Assembly (NCBI RefSeq): GCF_003334335.1
Contig: NZ_QOWQ01000102.1
Direction: 5' to 3' (one strand)
DNA length: 1,551 nt
DNA from: Escherichia coli
GTDB taxonomy: Bacteria; Pseudomonadota; Gammaproteobacteria; Enterobacterales; Enterobacteriaceae
Shown here in pieces: positions 1-1,551 of this stretch (positions are counted from its first letter, which is position 1; each line of letters starts with the position of its first letter). The notes below the pieces were generated by a model, which saw only the letters and a program-made list of their open reading frames with translations, had not been told where the DNA came from and ran no database searches. The translations under genes and the position numbers were made by a program.

Positions 1-32
<32 letters not shown>

Positions 33-218
33 CCATTTTTACTGTAAAACCGTGGCCAATATTACTTGACCACTACAGCATTACCGAAACGGCTTTCATC
101 GCTGCAAGGTTTTTCTTTGCCGGAATGTATCCGGTCAGCTTATACCCTGCTGATAACCTGCGCCCTTAAACATGCGGGCTGCAGCCTGTTGAGCCTGCCT
201 GAAATGAGCTAGGATTAG

Positions 219-446
219 GTGAAACACCTATCCATCTTGGTGTACTGTACATATGAAGCATGTGCCTTGATGCAGCTTGTAGCGATTTGTATGCAACCGA
301 TGACATTAATCCGTAAGACATGGGAAAAGATAGCAACTGAGATCCTAAGTTTGAATGTTATCACGCCTGCGTTTGAGAAACTTCGTTGGAAAAGTAACCT
401 CGGTAAACCCCCGTGCCCTGAGCTCATTCCGGAGATGCTGTCATAG
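219..446 (+). CDS. Hypothetical small protein (75 aa), unrecognised; possibly spurious
   Basis: ORF from the supplied track with a GTG start at 219 and TAG stop at 444-446. An AGGA motif sits at 211-214, 4 nt upstream of the GTG. No family recognised. It is fully overlapped by the antisense ORF 215-427. Confidence 0.15.
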   Translation: MKHLSILVYCTYEACALMQLVAICMQPMTLIRKTWEKIATEILSLNVITPAFEKLRWKSNLGKPPCPELIPEMLS

Positions 447-486
447 TGACCGTCTTGCTATTGGTGGGAATTGGAGACTGAATGTT

Positions 487-520
487 TTGACAAGACAGTC
501 CGGGAAATTCTGGGTGTAAT
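487..520 (+). promoter_or_regulatory. Candidate sigma70-like promoter upstream of the tRNA remnant (perfect -35 hexamer, poorly spaced -10)
   Basis: TTGACA at 487-492 is an exact -35 consensus. The nearest -10-like hexamer is TGTAAT at 515-520, giving a 22-nt spacer, which is longer than the usual 16-19 nt. A promoter-like motif only. Confidence 0.2.
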
Positions 521-549
521 CATATAAGACAGGTGATATTGCGTTCTCC

Positions 550-620
550 AACCCTTTAGCTCAGTGGTAAGAGGACTCATAATCGCTTGGTCGCTGGTTC
601 AAATCCAGTAAGGGCCACCA
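550..620 (+). pseudogene. Degenerate tRNA-Ile(CAU)-like remnant (tRNA-Ile2 / ileX-ileY family); not foldable into a full cloverleaf
   Basis: Seen in sequence: D-arm GCTC(559-562)/AGTGGTAA/GAG; anticodon loop CTCATAA (576-582, anticodon CAT); variable region TGGTC; T-arm GCTGG(593-597)/TTCAAAT/CCAGT(605-609); acceptor 3' strand AAGGGCC (610-616), discriminator A, encoded CCA (618-620). Defects: the acceptor 5' strand reads AACCCTT (550-556) where GGCCCTT is needed, and only GA lies between the D-stem and the anticodon loop, so the 3' anticodon-stem strand TCGCT (583-587) has no partner. From memory of the enterobacterial tRNA-Ile2 sequence this amounts to a deletion of about 5 nt plus a few substitutions. 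Confidence 0.6.
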
Positions 621-931
621 TCACACACTGCCACTGGCCCATTGCGCCATGCCCGGCGCATATCAGCCACAGAGCCTTTCGGGGATAATTTGCAGAGTGG
701 TCTGGCTGACTTTCTCTGTAGGCAGATCGTTCCCGCTTGATAGCTCATCCCCCAAAGAAACGTCACGATATTTGGTATTTTCAAAATTCAAAAAGAAAAC
801 CCGCAGAGTGGCAACAGAGATTAAAAAGTTTGAGAAACGCGATCTGGCACAGGCGGTGATTGGTGTTGGAGTGATGGTAGATTTTATCAGCCGGATAATG
901 TCGGTTCTGGCTGATAGCTGGGGTTGTTGGT

Positions 932-1126
932 GTGGTCTTCCTATTGATGAAAAAACAAGCAATTACTTGGCATATTATCTGTAACACTTTAAAACTGTTA
1001 AGAAGATCACAATTCATTATGTTTATTATTGTCTGGCCGGAGGGATATTTGTTAAAAAGTGCGCCGTGTGGTGAATCCCCCTGTGCGGTGGGGCGACTGG
1101 TGTACATAGCATTTATTATGTTATGA
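932..1126 (+). CDS. Hypothetical small protein (64 aa), unrecognised; likely spurious
   Basis: ORF from the supplied track with a GTG start at 932 and TGA stop at 1124-1126, about 90 nt upstream of the strong plus-strand terminator. It lies in an AT-rich tract and overlaps ORFs 649-984 (+) and 781-1107 (-). No convincing ribosome-binding site and no recognisable motif. Confidence 0.1.
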   Translation: MVFLLMKKQAITWHIICNTLKLLRRSQFIMFIIVWPEGYLLKSAPCGESPCAVGRLVYIAFIML

Positions 1127-1217
1127 GCGAAGCCTACGCGGGTTCAGTGACACCGACTGAATTCACCGGGAGGCACCCGGCACCATGCAACAGACGCAAG
1201 TTAGGCTAAGCCTTATA

Positions 1218-1246
1218 CCCCTGTAAGTTTTTTACAGGGGTTTTTT
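1218..1246 (+). terminator. Rho-independent terminator (perfect 9-bp stem, 5-nt loop, T6 tract)
   Basis: CCCCTGTAA (1218-1226) pairs perfectly with TTACAGGGG (1232-1240) around loop GTTTT, followed immediately by TTTTTT (1241-1246). Confidence 0.7.
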
Positions 1247-1254
1247 GTGCACAG

Positions 1255-1277
1255 AAAACCCCCAGCTAGGCTGGGGG
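1255..1277 (-). terminator. Candidate rho-independent terminator for minus-strand transcription (convergent with the 1218-1246 terminator)
   Basis: CCCCCAGC (1259-1266) pairs with GCTGGGGG (1270-1277) around a 3-nt loop. On the minus strand the hairpin is followed by TTTTCTGT (complement of 1251-1258). The U-tract is only 4 nt, so this is weaker than the plus-strand terminator. Confidence 0.4.
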
Positions 1278-1551
1278 TTCCGGAAAGCTTTCAGCTTTGA
1301 GCCAGTTATTAAAACTCTGAACCGGTTCCTGGCACGAATATCATTCCCGGCCTGCGCTTTGATTATCTCAGCGACTCCGGCGGGAACTTCAGCCGCAGTC
1401 TGAATCTTTCGCAGGAATTGGGCGATTATTTCAAAGTCAAAGCAGGGGTTGCCCGAACCTTTAAAGCCCCAAACTGTACTGACCCCAAAAAGTTGGACAG
1501 TTAAACACGAGGCATATAGGTCTGATTCCGATATTCAATTGGAGTCAGACC

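Noticed and set aside
104-134. Small hairpins (GCAAGG/CTTTGC at 104-120; CCGGA/TCCGG at 120-134) as terminators
   Set aside because: Short stems with no adjacent T-tract on either strand.
215-427. Minus-strand ORF 215-427 (70 aa)
   Set aside because: It is exactly antisense to ORF 219-446 and has no distinguishing signal. At most one of the pair is real, possibly neither.
550-620. Calling this a functional tRNA-Ile/Met(CAT) gene
   Set aside because: The 5' anticodon-stem strand is absent and the first two acceptor-stem positions mismatch, so a canonical cloverleaf cannot form. Called a pseudogene instead.
649-984. ORF 649-984 (+), 111 aa, the longest in the track
   Set aside because: Its frame stays open upstream back to 583, inside the tRNA remnant. 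There is no Shine-Dalgarno-like sequence before the ATG, it is overlapped by two minus-strand ORFs, and I recognise no motif.
599-1107. Minus-strand ORFs 599-784, 663-962 and 781-1107
   Set aside because: They overlap each other and the plus-strand ORFs, partly lie in the AT-rich tract, and have no recognisable motifs or ribosome-binding sites. Most likely chance ORFs.
1306-1311. Tandem TAA-TAA on the minus strand, about 30 nt before the minus-strand terminator, as a gene end
   Set aside because: The frame that ends here is open for only 11 codons.
1439-1475. TonB-dependent-receptor-like motif (reads as ...ARTFKAPN... in one frame)
   Set aside because: The same nucleotides read in another frame gave a different receptor-like look-alike (GLPEPLKPQT), which shows I was pattern-matching noise. 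There is no start codon or wider context.

Overview
This 1551-bp window has no long open reading frame and looks like a decayed, mostly non-coding junction region rather than an intact gene cluster. The best-supported features are a degenerate tRNA-Ile(CAU)-like pseudogene on the + strand (about 550-620) and a pair of convergent intrinsic terminators (1218-1246 on +, 1255-1277 on -). The seven ORFs in the supplied track are short (61-111 aa), overlap each other on both strands, and I recognise none as a known family; two are listed at very low confidence. I do not see a coherent novel multi-gene system here. The most plausible reading is an integration-site scar or decayed islet next to a tRNA remnant, possibly with a small transcript ending at the 1218-1246 terminator. 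Every call is from manual reading and needs computational confirmation.
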